Virus record (IMG/VR): IMGVR_UViG_3300004153_000002
Location: 1 to 54,268 of that record
DNA: 54,268 bases
From: a virus
Taxonomy: Duplodnaviria; Caudoviricetes
Reading direction: 5' to 3' (one strand)
Position 1 is the first letter of the stretch, and each line of letters opens with the position of its first letter. Shown here piece after piece: positions 1 through 9,693 of this stretch. Made by a program: the position numbers and the translations under genes. The notes under the pieces were generated by a model. The model made no database searches. It was not told where the DNA came from and saw nothing but the letters and a program-made list of their open reading frames with translations.

Positions 1-60
1 GAACAGCTTTTAAAGCAGTCTCCGTCGAATGAAGACCTGCAGTACATCATTGAGTATACA
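1..60 (+). repeat. Terminal near-direct repeat, left copy (59/60 identical to 54209-54268)
   Basis: Direct comparison of both ends; single A/G mismatch at 41 vs 54249; lies within an 81-bp-period coding repeat. Confidence 0.95.
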
Positions 61-375
61 AAGTTGAATAACGAAGCGGCGAAGGTGCTGTGTGAACGTT
101 TAGGTGTTCAGCCAGTCGATGAAGAAGCACTAATCAAGGAAATCGCTGAAGCTGTGATCGGCCAGCCAGGATCTTTGAATATGGACCACTGGCATTGTAG
201 AACTACTCATTGTTTGGCTGGATGGGCCTGTGTAATCAATCCGGTTGCCGCTGCAATAGAAAAGAACAATGACACCGAAACTGCGGGATGTGCCGTTTTG
301 CCTAATTATGCAAAACTGTTCTTCTCCGATAACGAAACCGTCCTGAACAAGCTGAAGGAAATTAACTCTAAATAA
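1..375 (+). CDS. 3' part of a repeat-containing protein spanning the contig junction; C-terminal His/Cys domain (LNMDHWHCRTTHCLAGWA)
   Basis: Frame 1 is open from base 1 (EQLLKQSPSNEDLQYIIEYT...) and continues the ORF starting at 54131. Confidence 0.8.
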   Translation, partial: EQLLKQSPSNEDLQYIIEYTKLNNEAAKVLCERLGVQPVDEEALIKEIAEAVIGQPGSLNMDHWHCRTTHCLAGWACVINPVAAAIEKNNDTETAGCAVLPNYAKLFFSDNETVLNKLKEINSK

Positions 376-376
376 C

Positions 377-595
377 ATGAACCACAAAGTTGATTTAGGC
401 ACGTTATCAATTGACATGTCCACCGGCAAAAGCTGCACAGCATTTTCTGTTATACTGAATGATAAAATCCTTCATGCGCAGGAAATAAATACCAGCAAGG
501 TCGAACAGGTAGCAGCAGTAATGACCTTGCTTGCGGCTGGTTTAATTATCCAGGATACAGCTGAAATATTTTTGACCCGTATCAACTCAAAGTAA
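377..595 (+). CDS. Hypothetical protein
   Basis: Tightly packed ORF in operon. Confidence 0.7.
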   Translation: MNHKVDLGTLSIDMSTGKSCTAFSVILNDKILHAQEINTSKVEQVAAVMTLLAAGLIIQDTAEIFLTRINSK

Positions 596-597
596 AA

Positions 598-2025
598 ATG
601 AAAATAAAAGATATCACACTGAACAACTTCGGCAAGTATGCGCAGGTATCTGCATCGTTCGACGATCGTGTTACCTACTTAGTTGGTCCCAACGGCGCAG
701 GCAAATCAACATTAGGATTCACCGGTGTGCAGTTCATGTTTGAAGGGATCGCAGAGAAGGCAACAAACGGCAAATCACCACTGATAGGCGAACGTTTCCG
801 CTTTATTGGTCCTGATGGCAAAAGCAGCAAAGGCGAAATGACCCTTTATGATGAACAAACAGGCGTGGAAGTAAAAGTCATACGCAATATGACCAAAGAC
901 GTCAATACAGTACGCTTTGAAGGTCCGGCCGGCATGAAGTTAGACCAGCCTTGGTTAACGGAGTTATTTAACGAATTTATGATTGCGCCTAAAAAGTTCG
1001 TTCAGCTGTCAGCATTTGACCAGGCCCGCGCATTGGGTATCGACACCACTACTTTTGATTCTAACATCAAGGCTTTAAAGGACCAGTACACCGGCATCAA
1101 TCGTGAGATCAAAGCTATGGGAACACTGGTTGAAGTTGAGTTCTGCAAAGAAGTCGATTTGACCGACCTGTCAGCACAGAAGGAAGCCGAACGTATGCGC
1201 CTGAATGAACTTTATAAAAAGAACAAGCAGGATAACAAGGAAGCAAAAGAAAAATATGAATCTGACCTTCAGTTGTGGAATGCTAAACTGGCCGCGCATA
1301 ACAAATCAATTGAAGACGGAAAAGATTGCGTTCAATCTGCCTATGATTCATTTGAAAAATTATTCACATCATTAGGTATTGATCCTAATGAATCTGTTGA
1401 AGGATCTTTGCAGGAAGCCATATTGATTTTGATAAATGAATTTGAAGGCAAGATCAAAAAACCACTTACCGCTGAACAGCTGGAAAAGTACACACCGAAA
1501 GTTCCTGAATATGTTGAAGAAATGCCAAAGGATGACACCATTCAGGCTATCGACAAACAAATTCTGGAAGCCAGTCAGACGAACAAAAAAGCTACTGAAT
1601 ATACGGCCTACCTAAAAAAGAAAAAAGACCTGGACGACTTGACAAAGCAGTTGACAGATAATAAGGCCCAACAGGATGCTGAAGTTGAAAAGCGCCTGAA
1701 CTACATTAAAACACTTCCATTCCCGTTTGAAAACCTGGCTGTTGACGAAGAAGGTGGCCTGACCTTCGATAGCAAACCAATTAAAGAACCATACTTCAGT
1801 ACCGGTGAACTGATTAAAATGGTTCCGATTCTTCTTTCTTCTTTAGGTCAAAAACTGAAGTTTGTGTTCTTGCAAGATTTTAACCTGCTGGATCTGAACA
1901 AACAACAGGATGTTGAAAAGTATTTAACTGATGCTGGCTATCAGCTGGTGATTGAGTACGTAGGTACCGAAGAACTGACAGATAAAAACTGCATCCTGCT
2001 ACAAGAACGCGTTATCACTAACTAA
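598..2025 (+). CDS. SMC/Rad50-like (SbcC-type) ABC ATPase with coiled coil
   Basis: N-terminal MKIKDITLNNFG, Walker A GPNGAGKST, long coiled coil, signature FSTGE, degenerate Walker B FVFLQD. Confidence 0.85.
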   Translation: MKIKDITLNNFGKYAQVSASFDDRVTYLVGPNGAGKSTLGFTGVQFMFEGIAEKATNGKSPLIGERFRFIGPDGKSSKGEMTLYDEQTGVEVKVIRNMTKDVNTVRFEGPAGMKLDQPWLTELFNEFMIAPKKFVQLSAFDQARALGIDTTTFDSNIKALKDQYTGINREIKAMGTLVEVEFCKEVDLTDLSAQKEAERMRLNELYKKNKQDNKEAKEKYESDLQLWNAKLAAHNKSIEDGKDCVQSAYDSFEKLFTSLGIDPNESVEGSLQEAILILINEFEGKIKKPLTAEQLEKYTPKVPEYVEEMPKDDTIQAIDKQILEASQTNKKATEYTAYLKKKKDLDDLTKQLTDNKAQQDAEVEKRLNYIKTLPFPFENLAVDEEGGLTFDSKPIKEPYFSTGELIKMVPILLSSLGQKLKFVFLQDFNLLDLNKQQDVEKYLTDAGYQLVIEYVGTEELTDKNCILLQERVITN

Positions 2026-2035
2026 ATCATAACGC

Positions 2036-2635
2036 ATGAACGAGAAAGTTGTAAAGAACGCGAAACTGACTTCTGTCAATTATTTGAACGTGCTGTATTA
2101 CGAAACTTACACCATCGGTTCTGAAGGCATTGAACAGGACCGTGAGCGTGAAATGTTGGTTAAATTTCATCACGACCCACATATTGACCTAAAGAAAGCC
2201 TTCGATGGTCTGAAATTTCACATGGCCTATTTATGCAAATTAGCGCCTGTTAAAGAACTTGAAGACCACTACGAAAAAGGAGAGGCCCACCCTGTTCTGT
2301 TTGAAATTTTAGTTACTGCTTTTTCGTTAGGTGGTTCAGGCGATCACTCAGGGGTAACGATCACAGGAGTTCGGCAACTGGACAACGGCAAAGTGATGAA
2401 CGTAAATACACCCTTCACTAAGTATCAGAACGAACATGAGCAGTATTTATACGGCGTAGAATTAGAAGAACATGTTCGTCGTTGTGTTCAAGAAGTAGTC
2501 CTTTACATTGAGGGAAAAACAGCGCCTTTTGATCCTGATAGTGAAGCAGAACAATTGTCGCTATTTCCTACCATTGATTATAGTTTAATCACTGATGACA
2601 TAGTCTATGGATTTGATGATGATGAAAATTTCTGA
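2036..2635 (+). CDS. Hypothetical protein with QLSLF clamp-binding-like motif and acidic tail
   Basis: 199-aa ORF; EQLSLF near C-terminus. Confidence 0.7.
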   Translation: MNEKVVKNAKLTSVNYLNVLYYETYTIGSEGIEQDREREMLVKFHHDPHIDLKKAFDGLKFHMAYLCKLAPVKELEDHYEKGEAHPVLFEILVTAFSLGGSGDHSGVTITGVRQLDNGKVMNVNTPFTKYQNEHEQYLYGVELEEHVRRCVQEVVLYIEGKTAPFDPDSEAEQLSLFPTIDYSLITDDIVYGFDDDENF

Positions 2636-2653
2636 TGATTGTAAACTTGTGAT

Positions 2654-2914
2654 ATGCCTAGACCTTCAAAATCCGTTTACAAATTCAATTCTAAGGGGAA
2701 ACTGATATCTTCCTTCGAATCAGTAACGGACGCAGTAACAAAAGAGGGCATCGAGTACAGATTACTGTACAACCGAATAGCAAAAGTCCAGCCCTATTCA
2801 GAATACTGGTACAGCTATTCACCGGATTTTAAACCACCAAAGATGGTGAAAGAAAAAGTGATTAAAGCCACTTTATTTGATATCATTGCATGGCAAAAAT
2901 TAATGAAATATTAA
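2654..2914 (+). CDS. NUMOD1/IENR1-like small DNA-binding protein
   Basis: VYKFNSKGKLISSFESVTDAV resembles the NUMOD1 motif. Confidence 0.55.
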   Translation: MPRPSKSVYKFNSKGKLISSFESVTDAVTKEGIEYRLLYNRIAKVQPYSEYWYSYSPDFKPPKMVKEKVIKATLFDIIAWQKLMKY

Positions 2915-2948
2915 ACCCGTCCGCAGTCGGTTACTGCACTTATTTTTT

Positions 2949-3557
2949 ATGAAAAAGATCATTTTAGCATTCAACATCGCAGACACTTTGGACGTAGCCC
3001 CGGGAAAATTGATTGAAGAAATCAAAATGCAATTGGGCTTTAAACTGGATATGTCGCAAATGGAAATTACGCAAATCGACATTCAGGACTTTACGGCTGA
3101 AGAACTTGAGTTGATTGTAGGCGAACCGACACCTTCAGAAGCAATCTTCGCGGTGCTGACCGCCCTGGCTAACAGCAATGAAGCAATCAGCATGTCGAAA
3201 CGTAAAGACCCGACAAAGGCGCTGGAAGTGGCCAACAAACTGATCGCTGCTAATAATTGGGACGAACCGCGTGAAGGATGGGAAAAACACATTGAGTTCC
3301 CGCAGTTGAATGAAGACATCGATCTTCGTAAAAAAGAACTGGTGAACACCTTATTCAGAAAAATGACGGCGCCTGAAGCACCTGTGACAACTGAACAGCA
3401 GTCACCGTCTGCTGTAAATGGCACGGACAATCTGGAAATTCCTGCTGCACCGGTAGTAAATATAGATACTATCGCCCAGGGTGACCCTGCTGCTGAAGCT
3501 GCTAACGGCGCGGCCGCTGGTGCTGAAGAAGAAAAAGATCCTTTCGAAAATCAGTAA
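2949..3557 (+). CDS. Hypothetical protein, acidic low-complexity C-terminus
   Basis: 202-aa ORF ending EEEKDPFENQ. Confidence 0.75.
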   Translation: MKKIILAFNIADTLDVAPGKLIEEIKMQLGFKLDMSQMEITQIDIQDFTAEELELIVGEPTPSEAIFAVLTALANSNEAISMSKRKDPTKALEVANKLIAANNWDEPREGWEKHIEFPQLNEDIDLRKKELVNTLFRKMTAPEAPVTTEQQSPSAVNGTDNLEIPAAPVVNIDTIAQGDPAAEAANGAAAGAEEEKDPFENQ

Positions 3558-3568
3558 CCTACAATCTG

Positions 3569-3598
3569 AAACAGCCGGCCAATTGGTTCGGCTGTTTT
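3569..3598 (+). terminator. Stem-loop, possible intrinsic terminator
   Basis: AAACAGCCG...CGGCTGTTTT directly after stop codon. Confidence 0.55.
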
Positions 3599-3612
3599 AC
3601 AAAAAATATCTG

Positions 3613-3843
3613 ATGGCTTATATATATCATCTTTGTTTAGAGAAAAATATATTGCCGACACAGGCTGATATTTTGCTTCAGGTAGGTACTGTATTCAGAC
3701 ATAAGGATATCGGCCTTTTCGTAGTAGACCACTACAGGAACAAAGAAGGTGAACGGGAAAAAAAATTTTCACAAATTGTCTATGTTGAATGTCAACAACA
3801 AATCAACACAGGCGCCAAACCAAAAGAACAAACAAATGGGTAG
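3613..3843 (+). CDS. Hypothetical protein (start reassigned to ATG 3613)
   Basis: In-frame ATG after hairpin; overlaps next start. Confidence 0.6.
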   Translation: MAYIYHLCLEKNILPTQADILLQVGTVFRHKDIGLFVVDHYRNKEGEREKKFSQIVYVECQQQINTGAKPKEQTNG

Positions 3844-4978
3844 AATATTTCACCAGGAAAACGTTCATCAGCTGAACATTCTTGACGATCGTTTTTACAC
3901 AGAAGATTTTGAAAATTATTATCCTTCTGTTACAACTGTGCTGGAAGTAATGCCGGACGGATATGGTCTAACAGTCTGGAAAAAAGACCTAGGACATGCA
4001 GCAGATGAAGTACTTCGCCGTGCTGGCACTGAAGGCCGCAAGGTTCACGACGCTATCCAGGCTATTTTAGAAGGTTACGAAATTAAGTGGATCGGAAACG
4101 GTTTTGCAAACCGTATGATCAGTGACAGCTACAACCTTTCTGAGTGGCAGTCCATCAGCAAATTCATTGAGTTTTGGGAGGCCGTACAGCCGCAGGTCAT
4201 TGCACTGGAATTGAAGTTGCTGTCGGTTAACCTGCGTTTAGGTGGTCAGATAGATTTGATTTGCCGTATCAAAGGCGAAATATGGATTATCGACTACAAA
4301 ACGTCGAATTACATGCACGAATCCTTCTGGCTGCAAATTTCTGCATATGCATCTATGTGGAACGAACAGCACCCGGAACACATGATCACCCGTTGTGGTA
4401 TCCTGCATCTGAAATCAGAACATCGTGGTCCTGACAAGACTGGAAAGTCAATTCAGGGTAAGGGCTGGAAGCTGTACCCAATGGAAGACAGCATCACACA
4501 TCACTTTGACTTTTTCCAAGTGCTTCGCCAGGTATGGGACAGGGAAAACCCGGACTACAAACCGAAGAACCTGAAGTTCCCGGACCGTTACAAGCTGAAC
4601 ACCATACCATCACCTGAAGTGGTGATCGTAAAGGCGGCTGTTCCGGCTGGCATGGAGCCACACAACGTGGGCATCGTTGGTAAAGATGGACTTTATGCAC
4701 CTGTGGTCGTAGAAGGGTCCATTCCTGCTGCACCAGCAGCACAGGTCGTAACCGCAACGGTCGTTTCTGTCAGTCCTGTTGATCAGGTAGCGGCACAACC
4801 AAACACAGAAAAACCAAAGCTGTTCATAGAAGATGGTGTGACACCAGCCCTGCAAAACGTGTCAGAAAAACTTTCTGAACTACAGGCGGCATCCGTTGTC
4901 GAAGAGGAAGAAGACCCGTTTGCCTCTGTTCCTTCGGCACCACCAGTTTCAAACCCTGTTAAAAAGATTGTATTATGA
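3836..4978 (+). CDS. PD-(D/E)xK (Cas4/RecB-like) recombination exonuclease with long disordered C-tail
   Basis: PSVTTVL, GRKVHDAI, GQIDL, IIDYKTS, LQISAYA motifs; start moved to ATG 3836. Confidence 0.85.
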   Translation: MGRIFHQENVHQLNILDDRFYTEDFENYYPSVTTVLEVMPDGYGLTVWKKDLGHAADEVLRRAGTEGRKVHDAIQAILEGYEIKWIGNGFANRMISDSYNLSEWQSISKFIEFWEAVQPQVIALELKLLSVNLRLGGQIDLICRIKGEIWIIDYKTSNYMHESFWLQISAYASMWNEQHPEHMITRCGILHLKSEHRGPDKTGKSIQGKGWKLYPMEDSITHHFDFFQVLRQVWDRENPDYKPKNLKFPDRYKLNTIPSPEVVIVKAAVPAGMEPHNVGIVGKDGLYAPVVVEGSIPAAPAAQVVTATVVSVSPVDQVAAQPNTEKPKLFIEDGVTPALQNVSEKLSELQAASVVEEEEDPFASVPSAPPVSNPVKKIVL

Positions 4979-5778
4979 TCAAATTTGAATTAAAAAGGCC
5001 ATTGGTAGCCTTAGACCTGGAAACGACCAGTGCAGATCCTAAAACGGGCCGTATTGTCGAAATGGCGCTAATCAAGATCGGCGTCGGTCCTGAAGGCAAA
5101 ATCACAAAAACTTCATCCCGGTTCAATCCTGGTATTCCGATCCCAACTGAAGCGTCCGACGTGCATGGTATCACGGACGATATGGTTGCAGATGAACCAA
5201 TGTTCAAAGACAAAGCGGAAAAGCTGCTGAACTTTATCAAAGATTGTGACATCTTAGGTTACAATTCTAACCGGTTTGATATCCCGCTCCTGTTCGAAGA
5301 GTTCGCCAGGTGTGGTTTAGCCTGGAATCTGGACGGTATCAAATTCCTTGATGCGTTTAAGATTTTCCAGATATACGAAAAGCGTGATTTGGCTGCTGCG
5401 GTGCTGCACTACACCGGTAAACCACTGGAAGGCGCCCACGGGGCATTGGCTGACATAGAAGCCACTATGGAAGTCTTCATGGAACAGCTGAAGCGCCATA
5501 CCGATTTACCTGACAGCATTGAAGGGCTGAATCTGGTTTGTAACAACGACAAAATCAGACTGGACCTTTACGGAAAATTTGCAATTGACGCAGCAGGTGA
5601 TTATATTTATACGTTCGGAAAGCACAAAGACAAAAAATGCAAAGACGTGTTAAAAGAAGACGCCGGCTACACCACATGGATGATGAATGCCGACTTTTCT
5701 ACTGACACAAAAGCATGGTGTAAAAAAATACACGATTCTTTGACAGCCACACCGATTGCACTGACAAGAACAGCATAG
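4975..5778 (+). CDS. DEDDh 3'-5' exonuclease (DnaQ/epsilon-like) with ExoX-like C-terminal domain
   Basis: LDLETT, GYNSNRFD, AHGALAD, FGKHK motifs. Confidence 0.9.
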   Translation: MIKFELKRPLVALDLETTSADPKTGRIVEMALIKIGVGPEGKITKTSSRFNPGIPIPTEASDVHGITDDMVADEPMFKDKAEKLLNFIKDCDILGYNSNRFDIPLLFEEFARCGLAWNLDGIKFLDAFKIFQIYEKRDLAAAVLHYTGKPLEGAHGALADIEATMEVFMEQLKRHTDLPDSIEGLNLVCNNDKIRLDLYGKFAIDAAGDYIYTFGKHKDKKCKDVLKEDAGYTTWMMNADFSTDTKAWCKKIHDSLTATPIALTRTA

Positions 5779-5813
5779 TTTTTATTTACTCACTTTCATA
5801 AAAAAACAACATC

Positions 5814-6503
5814 ATGGCCGAATTATCAAGTAGCCAGGGCAAAACCTTCCTTTCCATCAACGGAAACGGCAAATTGGCAAAAACAGCGACGGCAGAAACC
5901 GAAGGCGCTGTAAAAAACATTTATAACGCCGGCAAGCCGGACGAGAAAACAGTTTACCAGCTTGAATACAAGGCGATCAAAGGAATGATCACCGGCATGT
6001 ATTACAACAAACACGAACAGTACGGTGAAAGACTGAACGTTATCATCGATGACGAATATGCCCTTCAGCTGAAGGTTGGTTCACGGTATTACTACTCATT
6101 TGTGAAGACATTGCCGAACGTTGACTTTGCACAGCCGGTTACTTTCAACCCGTGGAGAAAAGAAAAGCCAGATGGCAAGATCAGCGCTGCACTTTATCTG
6201 AACCAGGGCGGCGGAAAGGATTCTTTACCGTGGCACTTTACAAAAGATATCCCTAATGGAATGCCTGAAATGGTCCAGAAAATGCATAAAGGTAAAATGG
6301 AGTGGGACGATACGGACATGCAGGTGTTTTGTAAAAAGTTCGTTGAAGATAATATCCTTCCTAAGCTTGCAAACAGAACCGTAAACACCGCTTCCGGTAA
6401 GACAACGAACATGGGTAACGTCGCCACAGCGAACACCCCGGCTGCTAATACATCCAGCAACTACCAGGTGAACAACGGCGCTGATGATGATCTTCCGTTC
6501 TAA
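5814..6503 (+). CDS. ssb: Single-stranded DNA-binding protein
   Basis: Flexible tail ending DDDLPF; replication-module context. Confidence 0.7.
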   Translation: MAELSSSQGKTFLSINGNGKLAKTATAETEGAVKNIYNAGKPDEKTVYQLEYKAIKGMITGMYYNKHEQYGERLNVIIDDEYALQLKVGSRYYYSFVKTLPNVDFAQPVTFNPWRKEKPDGKISAALYLNQGGGKDSLPWHFTKDIPNGMPEMVQKMHKGKMEWDDTDMQVFCKKFVEDNILPKLANRTVNTASGKTTNMGNVATANTPAANTSSNYQVNNGADDDLPF

Positions 6504-6529
6504 TAATTACTAAACTACTACCATACATC

Positions 6530-6559
6530 AACAGGTCAGGCGTTACGTCCTGACCTGTT
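6530..6559 (+). terminator. Strong hairpin after ssb (terminator or processing stem)
   Basis: AACAGGTCAGG/CCTGACCTGTT 11-bp stem. Confidence 0.6.
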
Positions 6560-6575
6560 TACAACTTCACTACGC

Positions 6576-8075
6576 ATGTTTCAATTACGTGATTATCAGG
6601 ACGACATTAGCACCCGCATGTGTGAAATACTGAAAACTTACAAGTTAGGGTATATCGCAATGGAAGTACGCACAGGAAAGACCTTTTGCGCCTTTGCTAC
6701 CTGTGAAAAGTTCGGCGCAAAGCACGTAAATTTTATAACTAAAAAGAAGGCCATCAAGTCAATAGAAAATGACTATGCCGAAATGAATCCTTCCTTCACA
6801 TTGGAAGTACTGAATTTCGAATCAATAGTAAAGTTCAAACGTGTAGTGGCCGAAACACTGGAAGAAGAAAGTAAGAAGAAGAAAAGAGAGTGGACACCCA
6901 ACTTTAAAGTACTGAAGCCCTCTATATGGGTAGTCGATGAAGCCGACAGCCTGGGACAATTCCCGAAGCCATCTGAACGTACTGAAATACTTATACAACT
7001 GGCTGAAGGTGATATCATCCTGTTTTTATCAGGTACGCCGCACCCTGAAACACCATCCCAACTATACCACCAGCTGAAGGTATCTTCCTTCTCTCCGTGG
7101 AAGGAACATAAAACGTTCTATGCGTGGGTACGTGCAGGTTATGTGAAGTTAAAAAAGCGCTTCATAAAAAACCGTGAACATAATGACTACACTGAAGCAA
7201 ATCATCAGCGCATAGCTGAAGAAACAGCGCATTTGTTCATCACCTATAGCCAGGAAGAGGCGGGATTTAAACAAAAGGTGCAGGAATTTATTCACTACAT
7301 CAAAATGAAGCCATCTACATACAACCTGGCCAACACGATCGTTAAAAAACGTGTGTACGTTGGCGCCAATGGTGAAGAGATCGTCGCAGACACGGCCGTT
7401 AAGGTGCAAAACAAATTACATCAGATATTTTCCGGTACAGTAAAGTTAGAACCTCAACTTGAAGATCAGCCAGACGGTACACAGCGTTTAGCAGCGCCAA
7501 AGACCATGAAGTTTGATGACAGCAAGGTTAAATACATACTTGAAAAGTTCGCTGGTAAAAAGCTGGTGATATTTTACAAGTTCATCGCTGAAGGTGAAAT
7601 GTTGAAGGCTGCTTTTGAAGGCCGCTGGACTGACAGCCCGGAACTGTTCAACGAAAGGGCTGACCTTATGTTTATTTGTCAGATATCTTCCGGCAAACAG
7701 GGTGTGAACGTATCTACTGCTGACCTTCAGATCATGTTTAACCCTGACTTTTCGGCAAATAGCTATTGGCAAGGCCGCGCACGTCAAATAACAAAGGACC
7801 GTGACCGTCCGGTAATAGTAATATGGCTGCTGGCAGAAAACGGAATCGAACAAAAGATATATGAATCAGTGATGAATAAAAAGGACTACACACTTCAGTA
7901 CTTTAAACGCGACTTCATGCCGTGGTTACTGAAGAAGGAAGCCGTTTTGCTCACCGCCAAACAACAGGAAATTGAATTGACAATTGCAGAACAGAAAGCT
8001 ATACCGCCACCGCCTTCACCCATTGCAGAACCACCCCAAAGGATAAACAATAATTTCGAAGATCCCTTTAATTAG
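6576..8075 (+). CDS. SF2 (SNF2-like) helicase
   Basis: LRDYQ Q-motif, RTGKT, VVDEAD, LSGTP, QGVN, QGRAR. Confidence 0.88.
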   Translation: MFQLRDYQDDISTRMCEILKTYKLGYIAMEVRTGKTFCAFATCEKFGAKHVNFITKKKAIKSIENDYAEMNPSFTLEVLNFESIVKFKRVVAETLEEESKKKKREWTPNFKVLKPSIWVVDEADSLGQFPKPSERTEILIQLAEGDIILFLSGTPHPETPSQLYHQLKVSSFSPWKEHKTFYAWVRAGYVKLKKRFIKNREHNDYTEANHQRIAEETAHLFITYSQEEAGFKQKVQEFIHYIKMKPSTYNLANTIVKKRVYVGANGEEIVADTAVKVQNKLHQIFSGTVKLEPQLEDQPDGTQRLAAPKTMKFDDSKVKYILEKFAGKKLVIFYKFIAEGEMLKAAFEGRWTDSPELFNERADLMFICQISSGKQGVNVSTADLQIMFNPDFSANSYWQGRARQITKDRDRPVIVIWLLAENGIEQKIYESVMNKKDYTLQYFKRDFMPWLLKKEAVLLTAKQQEIELTIAEQKAIPPPPSPIAEPPQRINNNFEDPFN

Positions 8076-8081
8076 TTAAGT

Positions 8082-8447
8082 ATGACAGGTAAAGTTATTG
8101 TCACCTACTACCGACACGCATCCGGCAACACAGGAACAGTGGATATCAGGTACACCAGCATTTTGCACCGTAAACAACTAATGGAGAATATCAAACTTCG
8201 TTATCCTAACAGCCCCATTGAATTTTCTATCATCCCTGACAGTGAACTTGATTACAGCCGTTTAATTCGTATTGAAAGCATGGCAGGTGGTTACAGATAC
8301 CGTGATGCAATTACGCATCTGTTTAGCGCCTGCACCGCATACGATTTGAAGCTGATACCTTATGCAGAGTTCCGCCGCCATTCCAGGCGGAAAGGTATTG
8401 CACTCAGCAGGTTTATATCGAAAGGATTTAGACCTTCAAAAAAATAA
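8082..8447 (+). CDS. Hypothetical basic protein
   Basis: ORF in operon. Confidence 0.65.
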   Translation: MTGKVIVTYYRHASGNTGTVDIRYTSILHRKQLMENIKLRYPNSPIEFSIIPDSELDYSRLIRIESMAGGYRYRDAITHLFSACTAYDLKLIPYAEFRRHSRRKGIALSRFISKGFRPSKK

Positions 8448-8480
8448 ACTTCATACGCATAGGCATGTAAAATATCTAAC

Positions 8481-8756
8481 ATGGCAGAAAGTAAAATTGA
8501 AAGAAAAAGTGTAGATCACTTACGCGCTCACGGCTGGCTGGTACTCAAATACGGTGTTGATGGATGGCCGGACGATTACTGCTGGCACCCACTCCAAAAG
8601 CGGACAGTCTGGTTAGAGTTTAAAGACTATAGCAAAGACCCTATCAATAAGGGATTACAGGAACACCGGCTAAATAAAATACGTAATGTGTGGAAGTGTG
8701 AAGCCTATGCCTGTAACAGTTTTCAAAGCATGATTGATCAACTTAAAAATATATAA
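8481..8756 (+). CDS. VRR-NUC domain nuclease (Holliday junction resolvase-like)
   Basis: ESKIE...GWPD...WLEFK...LQ pattern. Confidence 0.8.
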   Translation: MAESKIERKSVDHLRAHGWLVLKYGVDGWPDDYCWHPLQKRTVWLEFKDYSKDPINKGLQEHRLNKIRNVWKCEAYACNSFQSMIDQLKNI

Positions 8757-8758
8757 TT

Positions 8759-8989
8759 ATGAACGCTTTACAGCAAATAGCATTCGACTTGTTAGTTCAG
8801 AAATTAGCAGAACAACAAACTGATGTTGCGCAGATGCAGGAAATTGTTAAAAACTGTTCAGGTGTTATCACTATGTACCGTTTACCAGCACCAGAAGAAC
8901 GTAAAAAGTACGAAGAGGCTTTGCGGAATTACAGAACAGTCACTAATGAAATTAACGGTATAACCAGAGCGTTAAACGAAAATATATAG
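8759..8989 (+). CDS. Hypothetical coiled-coil protein
   Basis: ORF in operon. Confidence 0.65.
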   Translation: MNALQQIAFDLLVQKLAEQQTDVAQMQEIVKNCSGVITMYRLPAPEERKKYEEALRNYRTVTNEINGITRALNENI

Positions 8990-8990
8990 T

Positions 8991-9689
8991 ATGACTGCAA
9001 AGGACATTCAGCAAAAGGTTTTTTACCTGTTCAACAACCACCAATACCATTTATACAACTCATACGTGTATAATTGGGAATGTGACTACTTCAGTAGTAC
9101 AAAATCAAATAACGATTACGAAGTAGAAATCAAGATCAGCCGGTCCGACTTCTTTGCCGATTTTAAAAAGGATAAACATAGGATCTTCAGCGCCATCATG
9201 CGTGGTCAAACACACTTCGTTCATGACCTGGGGAATACGCAAGGCGACTTTATATGCGAATATAATCAGTTTACTTTATGCACCCCGCGATCGTTCAGAT
9301 ATAACGATGTTTTTAATAATAAACATGTAGATCATTTGAATAGTGGACATCGCGATCAATTTGAACATAACCAAATGCTGAATGGATACAAAGACTATTA
9401 CTTGACGAAGCACACGCGCAGAATGTATGCACAAGCGTCACGTATAAAAATTCAGGAAGTAGCCAGCATCATCACACCAAACGTGTTTTACTATGCATGT
9501 CCTGAAGGTCTGATCAAACCTGAAGAAGTCCCGGCATATGCAGGGCTGATTTACATAAGTCATTATGCACAAATTGTGAAAAAGGCGCCTTATATGCACA
9601 AGCGCCGGTTTGATCTGACCAAAGTGCTATTACAAAAATTCTATTACGAAACAGTTCGCCACCGGACAGAAAAGCTATTAAAAAGTTAA
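8991..9689 (+). CDS. MmcB-like PD-(D/E)xK nuclease
   Basis: ECD...YEVEIKISRSDFFADFKK and FYYACPEGLIKPEEVPAYAGLI. Confidence 0.75.
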   Translation: MTAKDIQQKVFYLFNNHQYHLYNSYVYNWECDYFSSTKSNNDYEVEIKISRSDFFADFKKDKHRIFSAIMRGQTHFVHDLGNTQGDFICEYNQFTLCTPRSFRYNDVFNNKHVDHLNSGHRDQFEHNQMLNGYKDYYLTKHTRRMYAQASRIKIQEVASIITPNVFYYACPEGLIKPEEVPAYAGLIYISHYAQIVKKAPYMHKRRFDLTKVLLQKFYYETVRHRTEKLLKS

Positions 9690-9693
9690 TATT

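Noticed and set aside
1-60. A-to-G difference between terminal repeats as diversity-generating retroelement TR/VR
   Set aside because: Only one mismatch, explained by a coding tandem repeat; no reverse transcriptase in the window
598-2025. SMC-like ATPase plus TOPRIM protein as a Wadjet (JetABCD) system
   Set aside because: The genes are far apart, no kleisin/KITE partners are seen, and the ATPase sits in a normal recombination module
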